IMG/VR virus record: IMGVR_UViG_3300008261_000027 | Span: 1-64,000 of that record | Origin: a virus | Direction: 5' to 3' (one strand) | Length of the DNA stretch: 64,000 nt | In this document: positions 43,991 through 54,300 of the stretch, piece by piece | How positions within the stretch are numbered: position 1 is the first letter of the stretch | How the letters are laid out: each line of letters opens with the position of its first letter | Notes under the pieces: generated by a model | Told to the model about the DNA's origin: nothing | Databases searched by the model: none | What the model saw: only the letters and a program-made list of their open reading frames with translations | Made by a program: the position numbers and the translations under genes

Positions 43991-44371
43991 TTACTCTAAA
44001 GTCAAAAGATAAGCTAATTTATTGATTGAAGCTAACATTTCGTCCCTTAAATTTAATAAATCTGTATCAGATTGTGCTGAAAGGTCTTTTGATATGCCAA
44101 TTAAAGCTGTTTTTGTTTTTTGTAAAAACTCAACAATATCTACTTCCGGTAAATTTTCAATTGTAATGGTTTTGTTTTGTTCTTGTAAAATAAATCTACC
44201 ATGTTTACCCATACACACCTCAACATATTCGTCAATAAGCCCTTCTAAAGTTTCGTATGTTTCGCCAAATGCTTTATGTCTAGCATACCCTTTAGTTTGC
44301 CAGTGAAGCACCTTTAATTGTAGTTGAGTATGGAAAAAGAAATTAATATTGGAATCTAGATTCTTGTTCAT
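43991..44371 (-). CDS. Ferritin/Dps-like four-helix protein (DUF5856-like)
   Basis: LHWQTKGYARHKAFGETY...IDEYVE, LLNLRDEM...YLLTL. Confidence 0.75.
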   Translation of the reverse strand: MNKNLDSNINFFFHTQLQLKVLHWQTKGYARHKAFGETYETLEGLIDEYVEVCMGKHGRFILQEQNKTITIENLPEVDIVEFLQKTKTALIGISKDLSAQSDTDLLNLRDEMLASINKLAYLLTLE

Positions 44372-44984
44372 CGTTACTATAAGGATTAAATGTTTTTGCT
44401 AATTCTTCTTTAGAATAGTTCTCTACGTCACTTTTTGTTAAAACATACTCATTTTTACCGCTAGCTCTCATTTCATCTTGCTTGTTTGCAAAAAATTCTT
44501 GAGGTTTTTGGTTAAACGGATACGAATCCAACGAACGCATTTCTAATTTTTCTTGTGGGGTTGCTGGTTTCATCTGTTCAACCTTAGAACCAAGTTGTTC
44601 AATTTTATCAAGAACAGCGTCCATGTTACCAAGTTTCATTTCCAAATCATCTAATTTAGAAAAAACGTCATCCATTTTTCTTAAAACGTTGTCGTTCTCG
44701 TTTTTAGACATTTCAAGTTCATTTTTGATATTTTTGGTCATATTAACCAAATCAGTAACATCAACTTCCTCAGTGCTTTCCGCTGGCTCGTCCATCATAG
44801 GTGGTGGAGGGGCCATTTCAGGTGAAGCGGCACCAGCATCCGCTGCTGGAGCATCCATAGGTGCGTCAGCTGGAGGTGGTGGTAATGGGCTCGCGTCTTG
44901 TTCATTAATTAAATAATGATTGCTGGCGTTTCTGTTAATAGACTTAAATCTATTTATCTCTTCTAATAATTTTTGTTCTAACAT
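44343..44984 (-). CDS. Hypothetical protein with Pro/Ala linker and coiled coil
   Basis: LLEEINRFK...LINEQ N-terminus, PPPP linker, heptads, RSLDSYPF. Confidence 0.55.
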   Translation of the reverse strand: MLEQKLLEEINRFKSINRNASNHYLINEQDASPLPPPPADAPMDAPAADAGAASPEMAPPPPMMDEPAESTEEVDVTDLVNMTKNIKNELEMSKNENDNVLRKMDDVFSKLDDLEMKLGNMDAVLDKIEQLGSKVEQMKPATPQEKLEMRSLDSYPFNQKPQEFFANKQDEMRASGKNEYVLTKSDVENYSKEELAKTFNPYSNDEQESRFQY

Positions 44985-44988
44985 AGTT

Positions 44989-45186
44989 TTAGTCTTGTAA
45001 TAATTGTCTACCGTCTTCGGTAATATATTTTTTATTAATTCTTTCTACAATACCATCTTTGGATCTGATAATATAACATTCCCCAGTTTGTAGATCACAC
45101 TCTTCTCTTTCAATCGCACTATTAGCAACCGGCTTTGAAGCTTTAGGGGCTAAAAACTGGTCTAATGATTTATTAATTTTTTCCAT
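44989..45186 (-). CDS. Small hypothetical protein
   Basis: Start MEKINK after a TATTTATA motif; CDLQTGEC. Confidence 0.55.
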   Translation of the reverse strand: MEKINKSLDQFLAPKASKPVANSAIEREECDLQTGECYIIRSKDGIVERINKKYITEDGRQLLQD

Positions 45187-45232
45187 AATTTTAAATATTA
45201 TTACTATAAATATTATAAAAATGAGTATTTTA

Positions 45233-48200
45233 CTAAATAAGTCTAAAATAAACGACATCCCCTTCGTTTACCTTTAATTTTCTCATCAACATTGAGTTCA
45301 TACCTATTCCATAATTACCAATACTTTGGTCTGGGCCGTTAAGTACAGGTCCATTATATAGATTTGTTGTTGCATCTCTTGTCGATACAAGTGTATATTT
45401 TGCATTCGTTCTAGGATTTAAAAACTCAGTTTTATAGTTTAATAATTTTTCTTTATTTGCTTGACTTCCGTTTAATCTAACTGAATAGTATTCTCCTAAC
45501 GAGTTTTTAATATTTTCCCATTTTTTGATTATGTTTTCCGTAGAGCTAAGCCCAGAAATAAGGTCCATAGCAACTTTGTCATCAATTGGATTATTTGTAC
45601 CACCCATTCTAACAACTCTAGCTCTTAACCATTGATTATTGTTTCCACCAAGATCTATCAATTGAACATATTTCTCTTCTTTACCATTATATTTTGCTCC
45701 ATTATATGGGATCATTTCTTGATAAAAACCAGATGTATAAACTAATTTTTTGTATAAATCTTCGCCAGCCAACTCATTACCTGGATTAATATTGGCGCTT
45801 TCACTATTTGGTAATGTTATTGTTTTTTCTGTTGTTTGTTGACTATCTATTTGTTGTTTTTTTCTTATTGCTGATGATAGCAACTTACTAAATAGAGGTC
45901 TATAACTAGCCATGAAAGAATTTTCTAGGTTTGGTAGACTACTGTTTGAAAGTCTGACACCAGTCAGTGTTGTTTCAATAGTGTTGTCAGATATGCTATG
46001 GGTAACATCAAAAACAAGATAGGTTCCTTCAAACATAGGTACGTTTGCCAAATAAAAATACATGGTTGGTTGTATCATTACATTACCCATCATCTTAACG
46101 GTACACTGATAAGATGCAGTTTTGTAGATATCAAATAATCCAATATCTACCTGGTGGGTTCCACCACCACCCTGTGATCTGGCTAATCTTTCTTGTGCTA
46201 AAGCACTTTCTGTAGTATTTTTATACGTGCTTTGATCTAAAGATATTTCTTTAAAAATACCTTGACTATAATCACCAAAATTAATTTCAAATGAAACCAC
46301 TCTATTTGATTTAGATAGATCTGCATCCATAAAAATCTTTGGTTCTACTAATAGTGGATTTCTTGTTGTATCTTTAATATCAAATCCATCATTTTTAAAT
46401 TTAAATTTTTTATTTACCCTTTGCATGTCCAAATACTTAGATGTACCGTTAACATACTGTAGGATAATCTTTGGTGTTGCATCTTGATAATCAACATCGA
46501 GATGGGTACCAAATAAATTTTTTGCTAAATTTTTTGATGGAGTTATTCTAGATTTGTTTGAAGAGTTTGTTCCATAAAAATTGATGTATGCCGGAAGTGG
46601 TCTCATATCAAAATTAGTACCCTGTATTAAAATTGATACAGCTGAATATAAGTCTACTTTAATGTTTTTTTCATCACTAAGAGAAATTAATCTTTCTAGT
46701 GAGATGTACGCATCGTCACCAATATCTCTGTTTGCTTTATCTAAAAACAAAAACTCGTCCATAAGGTGTCTTTGTCCAATCGCATTACCAGAAATCCATT
46801 TATCGTTAAAAGATTTAAAAAACTGATATAAATCTAATTTTGTTGTCTTGGCTTCATTGAATCCATGATAAATTGTGATTTTATTATTTTGATCATTGTT
46901 GACCTGAAAATCTTTTGATTGTAATTTCACAATAAGGTTAGATAGGTAATTAAATAAACGTGTTTTTTCTGGTTCAGTAATTTGTGTTTTAATATAATTA
47001 ACAAAAGTAGTTTTTGTTATTGCTGTTGTTTGTCTTTTCGCCCATCCAGCATAAATTCTTGCTAATTCTCTATGGTTAATAATGTTTTCTTCATTAATTT
47101 CTATGTCTGCCAAAGAAAAGAAATCCCTATAATATGTTGTTGGTGTTGTGCCGGTATAGGCTTCCTCACCAATATATAGCTTTATTAAGTTTAGGTTGCT
47201 CGCAGTTAATTGTGATGCGTTGTATGAACCAAGGCTATAATTTTGACTATCACCAATAAATCCAAATAATGTATAATCATCTATTTGTTTTGGATTACCT
47301 AATCTTAACACTTTTAGATTTTCATTACTTAATAAATTTTTAGTTATTTGTTCTAGATTTTTTTCTTGGTTTTGAATTATATTAAGCTTATGATTATCAT
47401 TTGAAAAATCAATATTTTCTTTTGAAATTGAACATACTGCTTTTAATAAACCTTGAAAAGTTTTGTAATCTTGAACTGTATTCTTCGTATCTATTTGTAG
47501 ATTTAATGAAGAAAACACTAAAAACATTTCTTCCATTTTATCTAATAATGCTGGACTAAATGTTGCGATCAGATCAACAAACTTTCTTTGTTCCCCGATT
47601 AACGAATATACCCCATCCACATTTTTAAATGTTTCACCATAAGCTGGCATGGTGAAGGTGTTATAAGGTGTTAATGTATCATACACACCAGGATTATTTA
47701 AAATAATTTTAAATGAATCTTGTTCAAAATAACTAAAGTTTGTTGTTAAGTTTTTAACATCACTAAAAATTTGTGATGAAGGTAAAACAGTGTATCTAGT
47801 ATCGTTTACAGAAAATATACTATTATCAACAAAGCTGGTTAATGAATAACCTGGGCCGCCAGATGTTTTGTTTACTGAATATTTTGTTATTCCACTTGTA
47901 ACCGTATCGGCATATAATTGAGTTACGTTTGTTGTAGAAGCGGATACTTCAGTAAATCCAGATGGATTATAAAAACTATATCCATTTGTTATTTGATGAA
48001 AAATTCCAAAATAGTATGGATACAGACCAATATATTGATTTGAATTATAGGTAACCGCTGTCATTGGCGCAGTTATTCCAGATAAATTAAATGTTACATT
48101 TGTTGCATTGTCAAAAAAAGTACTACCACTAATAGAAGTTGTTGCGCCGCTGATAATATCAACCCCGTCTTTTAAATATCTTTTATATCTATGGTATTGT

Positions 48201-51034
48201 GAACCCCACTTTAATAATAGGTGATATGGAACGAAATGTGTCGCAGATATTTCTTTAAATAAAGAAGATATCAATACTTTGTTTCCGTTAAAATCTATTT
48301 CATCATCTAAGTCTTTGTATGGTAATGAATTTAATAAAAGATAAGCCGATCCAACATACCTGTTTGCAACGCCACCTTTTAAAAAGTCATTATATAACTG
48401 TTTATGGAAATATGGAGTATTTAATAAATTTTCATAAAAATCAACCGAATCTCCACTACTGTTTATTGCAGTTAATTTTATTTTATTTGAAAAAATATTT
48501 TGATCAAATCCTAATTGTAACCAAGCTTCTGGTTTAACTGGTGAACTAATAAAACTGTCATTAACATTTATAGAAAATACATTCTTAAATTTATAGTCAC
48601 TAGCAGATAAAGATTTTTTTAAATATTGTTTATATAAATCAGATCCAAAAGGAAATTCATATAATCTATATTCTTCTATTGAATAGTCATTTATTGCTGC
48701 TTGTAAATTTGGGTGCTCGGTGCTAGTGGCTGTGTTATTATTTGAAGCTGTATAATCAATAATTTCAAAATCTTGGTCAACTAATTCTTTTATATATTCA
48801 ACGGTCGAAAGTTTGTTTTGAAAAAATGGAAACCTTTCTTTTGTTCTTAAGGTATATAAAAGACTATTTGTTTCTCCGTTTACGGTCTTAACTTGATTTT
48901 TTATTAAATCTTTTATATCAATATCATTTTCTAATGAACTTTTTAATGTTTCAAATTCTGCGTTAACAATCTCTTCTAAACCTTTACCATATTGAAAATT
49001 ATTGTACGATGTAACATAAAATGCTCTTTCATATATTTCATACAATACATTTATTATAGATTTATCTGTATATGGGATAACACGATCTATTTCAAATAGT
49101 GTGCTTATTTTTTTAACGTTTCTTCTTTCTTGGTCATTATCAAAAATGAATGATAAATCAGATGAATCAATTTCTGTACCTGTTAATGGATCAACTCTTT
49201 TTGTTGCAACACTATTATATGTTTCAATAAATTCCACTTCCGGCCATAAACTAAAATCATTTCCTTTTGTATCACTAACAATTGCTGGATCAGCTGGGTA
49301 AAAAGATACGTCTCGCTCACTATCATCCTTTTTCAATATTTCTGGCCAAGGATAAAAATATTCATCTTTATTCTTATCTGTTGGTTTTACTAAATTACCT
49401 TTTCTTTCATTAGATTTTTGTATGGCTTTTTGATGAACATCTTTCATCAATCTGATATAGGTGTCAGCATTTGCTAATATAACCGCAAAAATATTTCTAA
49501 TAGTTGGTTTGAACCCAAAGCCACCCATATTTGGATTTTGGATAACTTTGTTCATCTCTTCTTCAATTTTAAGTTCAACTGAATTTCTACTAGTAATGAA
49601 AGTTGCTTGTATTGCTTTAATTTCATTAACTAATTTTTCAATAGCAACACCATATGTACCATTTTCAAGTGTATAAAAATCACCTATGTTTCTAATTCGA
49701 TCAATTGAAATTGGTGTAGTTGTTATTGTAAAATCTTCACCATTACTTTTTTTTGCTCTTTCCGATGATTTTTTTCCAAATGCAGTATTTTTTTCAGAAT
49801 TAGCTATAAAGAAATTTATTAGGTATTGTAACGACTTTTTATTTTCACCATTTGTGATTATATCTGAGCTTATAGGCCCATTAGTAAGTTTTGTTTGGTC
49901 ATTTAATGCTTTTATTAATCTATAATATTTGTAAACTGTTTGAGTTCCATCACTATTAGTGATAGTTTCGGTTTTTACCTCGTTCTCAGTTGAATTTAAA
50001 TTTCTATTACTCCAAGAAACAATGCTTCTTTCAAAACTATCTAATAGCGCATCAAATTCCGCAACGTGTGTTAATACGGTTGGGTCGACAGTTTCTGAAA
50101 ATAGTTGTGCCTCAATTATTTTATCTAGGGATTTTGCAGTCATAATTAAATCCCTTAGCGTTTTATCTGGAAAATCTTGGGGAATATAACCCTTTGCTTT
50201 GTAATCTGAATAAATTGATTTTAATATTGAAAATCCTTTTGTTGTTTTGGATATTTTCTTTTCAATAAGTCCAGTTTTTTCATTAACTCTATATGGTTCA
50301 TCTTGTTTTTCAACCATATACATGAATGGTGCATTAACGGCATTTTGAAAAAGTATATCATTTAGAAATGCGTATGAAGAACCAACAAACTTTGCAATAA
50401 TTTCAAAATTTCCGGTTGACCCATTAAACTTAGATTTAAAATCAACCATTTGTATTCTATATCGAATAGCTTTACCATAATAACCCTTTACTGTTAAATA
50501 AAATATTGGCCACGGCTGATGAAAAAAAGCGCTATATGGTGAATTTGCTGGTGCTTCAAATAATGTCTTTCCTCTTACATCTAAAAAGTTTATTGTTATT
50601 TGAGGGATATTGTTAACACCTTTTGTTATGATTGTTATATTCTGTATACCAAAAGTTTGTGCGGTTGGATCGTAAACCGCTTCGCCGCCCGTTGTTCTAT
50701 TTAGCCCAACATTTTTTCTAGAAACAAAAGTTTCAGTCCAATTAGTGTCTAGGTTATTTTCAAATTCGTTTTTATCCCCTTGATTTCTTAGTAAATTAAA
50801 TGAACCTTCAGCTATACTTAAAAGTGTGCTTTGTTGCCCATCGGCATAGAAAGTCGTTCTTGGAACCAAATCTGCTTCCAAGTTAACATACATAACTAGA
50901 TTTTCATGATCAACAAGTCTTGATTGTATTTGTCCATTACTATCAACTATACTATTTGGGTCAATATGTATAATGTTTTGTTGATCAACTGTTACTAATA
51001 TGTTCTCACTCTGATTTATTTTATCATTCGCCAT
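45233..51034 (-). CDS. Large baseplate hub-like protein (gp27-like halves around a large insertion)
   Basis: FGIQNITI...ITINFLDVRG and SYQCTVKMMGNVMIQPTMYF...GTYLVFDVTHSI; follows the LysM/gp53-like gene. Confidence 0.65.
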   Translation of the reverse strand: MANDKINQSENILVTVDQQNIIHIDPNSIVDSNGQIQSRLVDHENLVMYVNLEADLVPRTTFYADGQQSTLLSIAEGSFNLLRNQGDKNEFENNLDTNWTETFVSRKNVGLNRTTGGEAVYDPTAQTFGIQNITIITKGVNNIPQITINFLDVRGKTLFEAPANSPYSAFFHQPWPIFYLTVKGYYGKAIRYRIQMVDFKSKFNGSTGNFEIIAKFVGSSYAFLNDILFQNAVNAPFMYMVEKQDEPYRVNEKTGLIEKKISKTTKGFSILKSIYSDYKAKGYIPQDFPDKTLRDLIMTAKSLDKIIEAQLFSETVDPTVLTHVAEFDALLDSFERSIVSWSNRNLNSTENEVKTETITNSDGTQTVYKYYRLIKALNDQTKLTNGPISSDIITNGENKKSLQYLINFFIANSEKNTAFGKKSSERAKKSNGEDFTITTTPISIDRIRNIGDFYTLENGTYGVAIEKLVNEIKAIQATFITSRNSVELKIEEEMNKVIQNPNMGGFGFKPTIRNIFAVILANADTYIRLMKDVHQKAIQKSNERKGNLVKPTDKNKDEYFYPWPEILKKDDSERDVSFYPADPAIVSDTKGNDFSLWPEVEFIETYNSVATKRVDPLTGTEIDSSDLSFIFDNDQERRNVKKISTLFEIDRVIPYTDKSIINVLYEIYERAFYVTSYNNFQYGKGLEEIVNAEFETLKSSLENDIDIKDLIKNQVKTVNGETNSLLYTLRTKERFPFFQNKLSTVEYIKELVDQDFEIIDYTASNNNTATSTEHPNLQAAINDYSIEEYRLYEFPFGSDLYKQYLKKSLSASDYKFKNVFSINVNDSFISSPVKPEAWLQLGFDQNIFSNKIKLTAINSSGDSVDFYENLLNTPYFHKQLYNDFLKGGVANRYVGSAYLLLNSLPYKDLDDEIDFNGNKVLISSLFKEISATHFVPYHLLLKWGSQYHRYKRYLKDGVDIISGATTSISGSTFFDNATNVTFNLSGITAPMTAVTYNSNQYIGLYPYYFGIFHQITNGYSFYNPSGFTEVSASTTNVTQLYADTVTSGITKYSVNKTSGGPGYSLTSFVDNSIFSVNDTRYTVLPSSQIFSDVKNLTTNFSYFEQDSFKIILNNPGVYDTLTPYNTFTMPAYGETFKNVDGVYSLIGEQRKFVDLIATFSPALLDKMEEMFLVFSSLNLQIDTKNTVQDYKTFQGLLKAVCSISKENIDFSNDNHKLNIIQNQEKNLEQITKNLLSNENLKVLRLGNPKQIDDYTLFGFIGDSQNYSLGSYNASQLTASNLNLIKLYIGEEAYTGTTPTTYYRDFFSLADIEINEENIINHRELARIYAGWAKRQTTAITKTTFVNYIKTQITEPEKTRLFNYLSNLIVKLQSKDFQVNNDQNNKITIYHGFNEAKTTKLDLYQFFKSFNDKWISGNAIGQRHLMDEFLFLDKANRDIGDDAYISLERLISLSDEKNIKVDLYSAVSILIQGTNFDMRPLPAYINFYGTNSSNKSRITPSKNLAKNLFGTHLDVDYQDATPKIILQYVNGTSKYLDMQRVNKKFKFKNDGFDIKDTTRNPLLVEPKIFMDADLSKSNRVVSFEINFGDYSQGIFKEISLDQSTYKNTTESALAQERLARSQGGGGTHQVDIGLFDIYKTASYQCTVKMMGNVMIQPTMYFYLANVPMFEGTYLVFDVTHSISDNTIETTLTGVRLSNSSLPNLENSFMASYRPLFSKLLSSAIRKKQQIDSQQTTEKTITLPNSESANINPGNELAGEDLYKKLVYTSGFYQEMIPYNGAKYNGKEEKYVQLIDLGGNNNQWLRARVVRMGGTNNPIDDKVAMDLISGLSSTENIIKKWENIKNSLGEYYSVRLNGSQANKEKLLNYKTEFLNPRTNAKYTLVSTRDATTNLYNGPVLNGPDQSIGNYGIGMNSMLMRKLKVNEGDVVYFRLI

Positions 51035-51344
51035 AGTATAGCTTATACAATTCTACGTTCTTTTTATAATCTTGTAAAGTATTAATCAACGGATATGGTA
51101 TTCTAACAATAGAATTGTCTGGTATTTCAAATTCTAATGAACCTAATTTTGGATTAGCTTGCATTATAAGCCAACCAAATAATGGTGTTCCATAATATTC
51201 CTGAGATAGTTTATCCATCCTGTGCTTACCTCTTTTATACTGAGTAAATTTATCAGTACCTTTTAAAGGTATTTCAATACCAGGAACAATCTGATGTTCC
51301 CCATCGACGTTAAAATACTCGTATCTATTAAAATATTGATTCAT
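51024..51344 (-). CDS. LysM-like baseplate protein (T4 gp53/P2 gpX-like)
   Basis: RMDKLSQEYYGTPLFGWLIMQANP...VRIP. Confidence 0.8.
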   Translation of the reverse strand: MNQYFNRYEYFNVDGEHQIVPGIEIPLKGTDKFTQYKRGKHRMDKLSQEYYGTPLFGWLIMQANPKLGSLEFEIPDNSIVRIPYPLINTLQDYKKNVELYKLYYGE

Positions 51345-54300
51345 TATTTAGTTGCTTTTGAAAAATTTAACCTAGTTTCCGTAGAAAAATCTTTTGTATT
51401 GTGTATCTTCTTTATTACCTCTTCCTGACCAGACGTTAATGTTCCAGCAGAAAATGAGTATGGCTCAATTTCTTTTTTAATTTTAACTTCTTTGTATTTA
51501 AAATTTTTATCTTTTGAATCAGATAGATTATTTTTTATAAATTTATTTATTCTCCTACCTATCTTATTAACAGTATTTTCATTAAAAAGATCATCATCCG
51601 GAGAATTAGTGTATTCGGTTTTAATGGCATCTATTTTATCATTCAAAATAAACGATAAAACTTTTTTATATGCTTCATCGCTAATACTTGAACTGGTGAA
51701 ATCAAATGTCGAATCTAGTTCACTTGTAAAAATGCCATGTTTTGTACTTATCAATGTAAAAGCATCTGAATATTTTTCATAGAAATCGGTATTTTGAAAA
51801 TTTGTCAACGACTGTGCTGTAACAGTATTGGTTTCTATTTTCGCATCTATTCCATTTGTTAACATGATAAAGTTTAATTTATCAATATCTTCAATTAATA
51901 AATCCCTAGCATTTTCTAAAGCAGAAATATTTTTATTTTCTTCAATTTTACCCATAAACTCGGTAACATACGTTAAAATTAGTGGGTCAATAATTTTTCT
52001 AGATCTAACATATTTTGTTGATCCTGGTTGCATGTCTAGATCCAGTATTAAATTATGGTCAGAAGAATTAACCTTATCTATAAAACCTTTCTTAAAATTT
52101 TCAAATAGATTTATAAAATCCTTTCCTTTCTTATATCTACCCAATAAAGATATTTGTGTTGCAGCTGTTGTATTTTGAGCATCGACCGAATTTATCGATC
52201 TATATGTTGGGGATATAAACAATGGTAATAATTCTGGGCCAAATAATTTTTGTAATTCGTTATATGTTTGACCAAAAATTTTAAAATAATTATTCGTATT
52301 ATCTATCAATGATTTAATATTGTTTGAATAATTTAATTTTCCACCGTCTATTGCTCCAATATAATTTCCATTTATTGGGCTGTCTGGAGATACTTCTGAA
52401 GTTGGACTATTTGGAGTATCTTTTGGATATAGTTTTTCAAGAAAATCTAAATTAAATTCAATTAACTCTTTTTGATCAACTGTTGATTCGGCTCTGTAAT
52501 CATAAATTTCAGTATTTGCATAGAAATTAGAACTTAATGCATTCTGTAATTTAGCAACTGGTTCTTTAATTCCTTGGCCACCAATAAAATTAATTTGTAA
52601 TGTAACATCTGCTACCATTGGTTGCATTCCGATACCCTCTGGATTAAAATCCCAAGTAGAGTTTTCGAAACTTATGTTCATATTTGTTATGACAATTTTT
52701 GAATGATAAAAATCACCAATTCTCAAAACACAAATAGGTGGTGGACCAAATGAAGTGTTTCTGGCATCAAAATTTAAACTAGAATTTGTTCCCAATCCCT
52801 TAATTGGAATTGTATCACCCGGTCTTAAACATTGTTGTAAAAATGTTAATCTAGAATTTAAACCTTCCGGGGTTGTTGAATGGAATGCTGGATGAAAATA
52901 TTTTAATCTTTCTTTTAAACTACTAAAAACAACTGGATCTGTTTCTTCTAGTTTTTTGAAATAAAAACATTCTGATAATGTTTTCATTATTATTTTCTTA
53001 ACAATATCTAAAGGTGGTTTTCTATTCTTTTCAATTCTATCGGAAACAATTTCTATTTTTTCTGGGCCAATAGTTGTCTTTCCAGGGATTGTTGTCCCAG
53101 GTAAAGTACTCATCTTTGTTTTAGTTTGTATTTCTAATTCAGCGGCTCTACAGAAAAAGGTAACTGGGGCATATAATTTTAACCCACCCTTATTTCTTAT
53201 AATATTTTTATTACAATCATACTCAGTATTAATTGTTGCGTTCTCACCTTTATTTGTAAAATATATTTTTACCGATCCATTTATATCATCGCCATAACCA
53301 AGATCTTTTAATGGTATTGTTCTTTCTTCTTTACTTTCTAATGTTGTGCCGGCTTCTAATTGTGCTGGGGTTGCTTTCCAATAATTTTTTTCTGGAACAC
53401 TAGAAGGCCACTCACCAAGTCTAGATAAATTTTTAATTATATATTTTACAATACTATCGGATCTTCTATATGATAACAAAATATTGTAATCTTCTTCATG
53501 AACAAAAGATGTTGTAGATGTTATGTATATTTGAATATCTTCTATTTCATTTTTTTCGATTAACGGTTTTATTTCCGCTAGCTTTTGTGATAATTTAGAA
53601 AAGTCTGCTTCTAACTGATTGAATCCAGCAATAATTTCATCTCTTTTCTTTAGTTTTAAAGATGATAGTGTTGTACCTGGAATCGATAAAGGATTTTTAT
53701 CTCCAAATATCACCTCTCTATCTAAAACATTATCACTGTTATTAATTGTTAATATATTGTTTAATTGAGTATCTAAAACAGATAAGAAATTATCTTTACC
53801 GGCAATATATTCTTCATAAACTTTATCATAATCTTTATCAGCATACAATCCACTTTGTGGATAAGGAATATCGTTTGGAAAAAATACTTTTCCTTTATAT
53901 TTGTCTATTGGTGTTCCTGGAAGTAAAGTATCTTCAGTAGTTACCTCTTTTTCAACAGTAACGTCACCAGCTATTCTATTAAATGCTATTAAATCCGTAA
54001 CATCTTTAGTGTTTCCGTTTTTATAATAATCTAGATATGATAATATTAATTCAATATCTGTTCTATCTAATGTTGTATATTTTCTAACTAAAGTATAAAA
54101 ATCTATGTCTTCACAACCAGCAAAAATTGCATTCAAATAATTTTCAGCCTCTGCATCACTAATATCTTTTATTAAAAGATTTAATATACTTGGGTGGTCT
54201 ACAACTACTTTAAATGATACTGTTCCTGATCGCTCAGTATCTTTGTATGTATATATTGGTTCTGGTCTACCTAAAAATTTATTAGAATCCCAGTTTGCAG

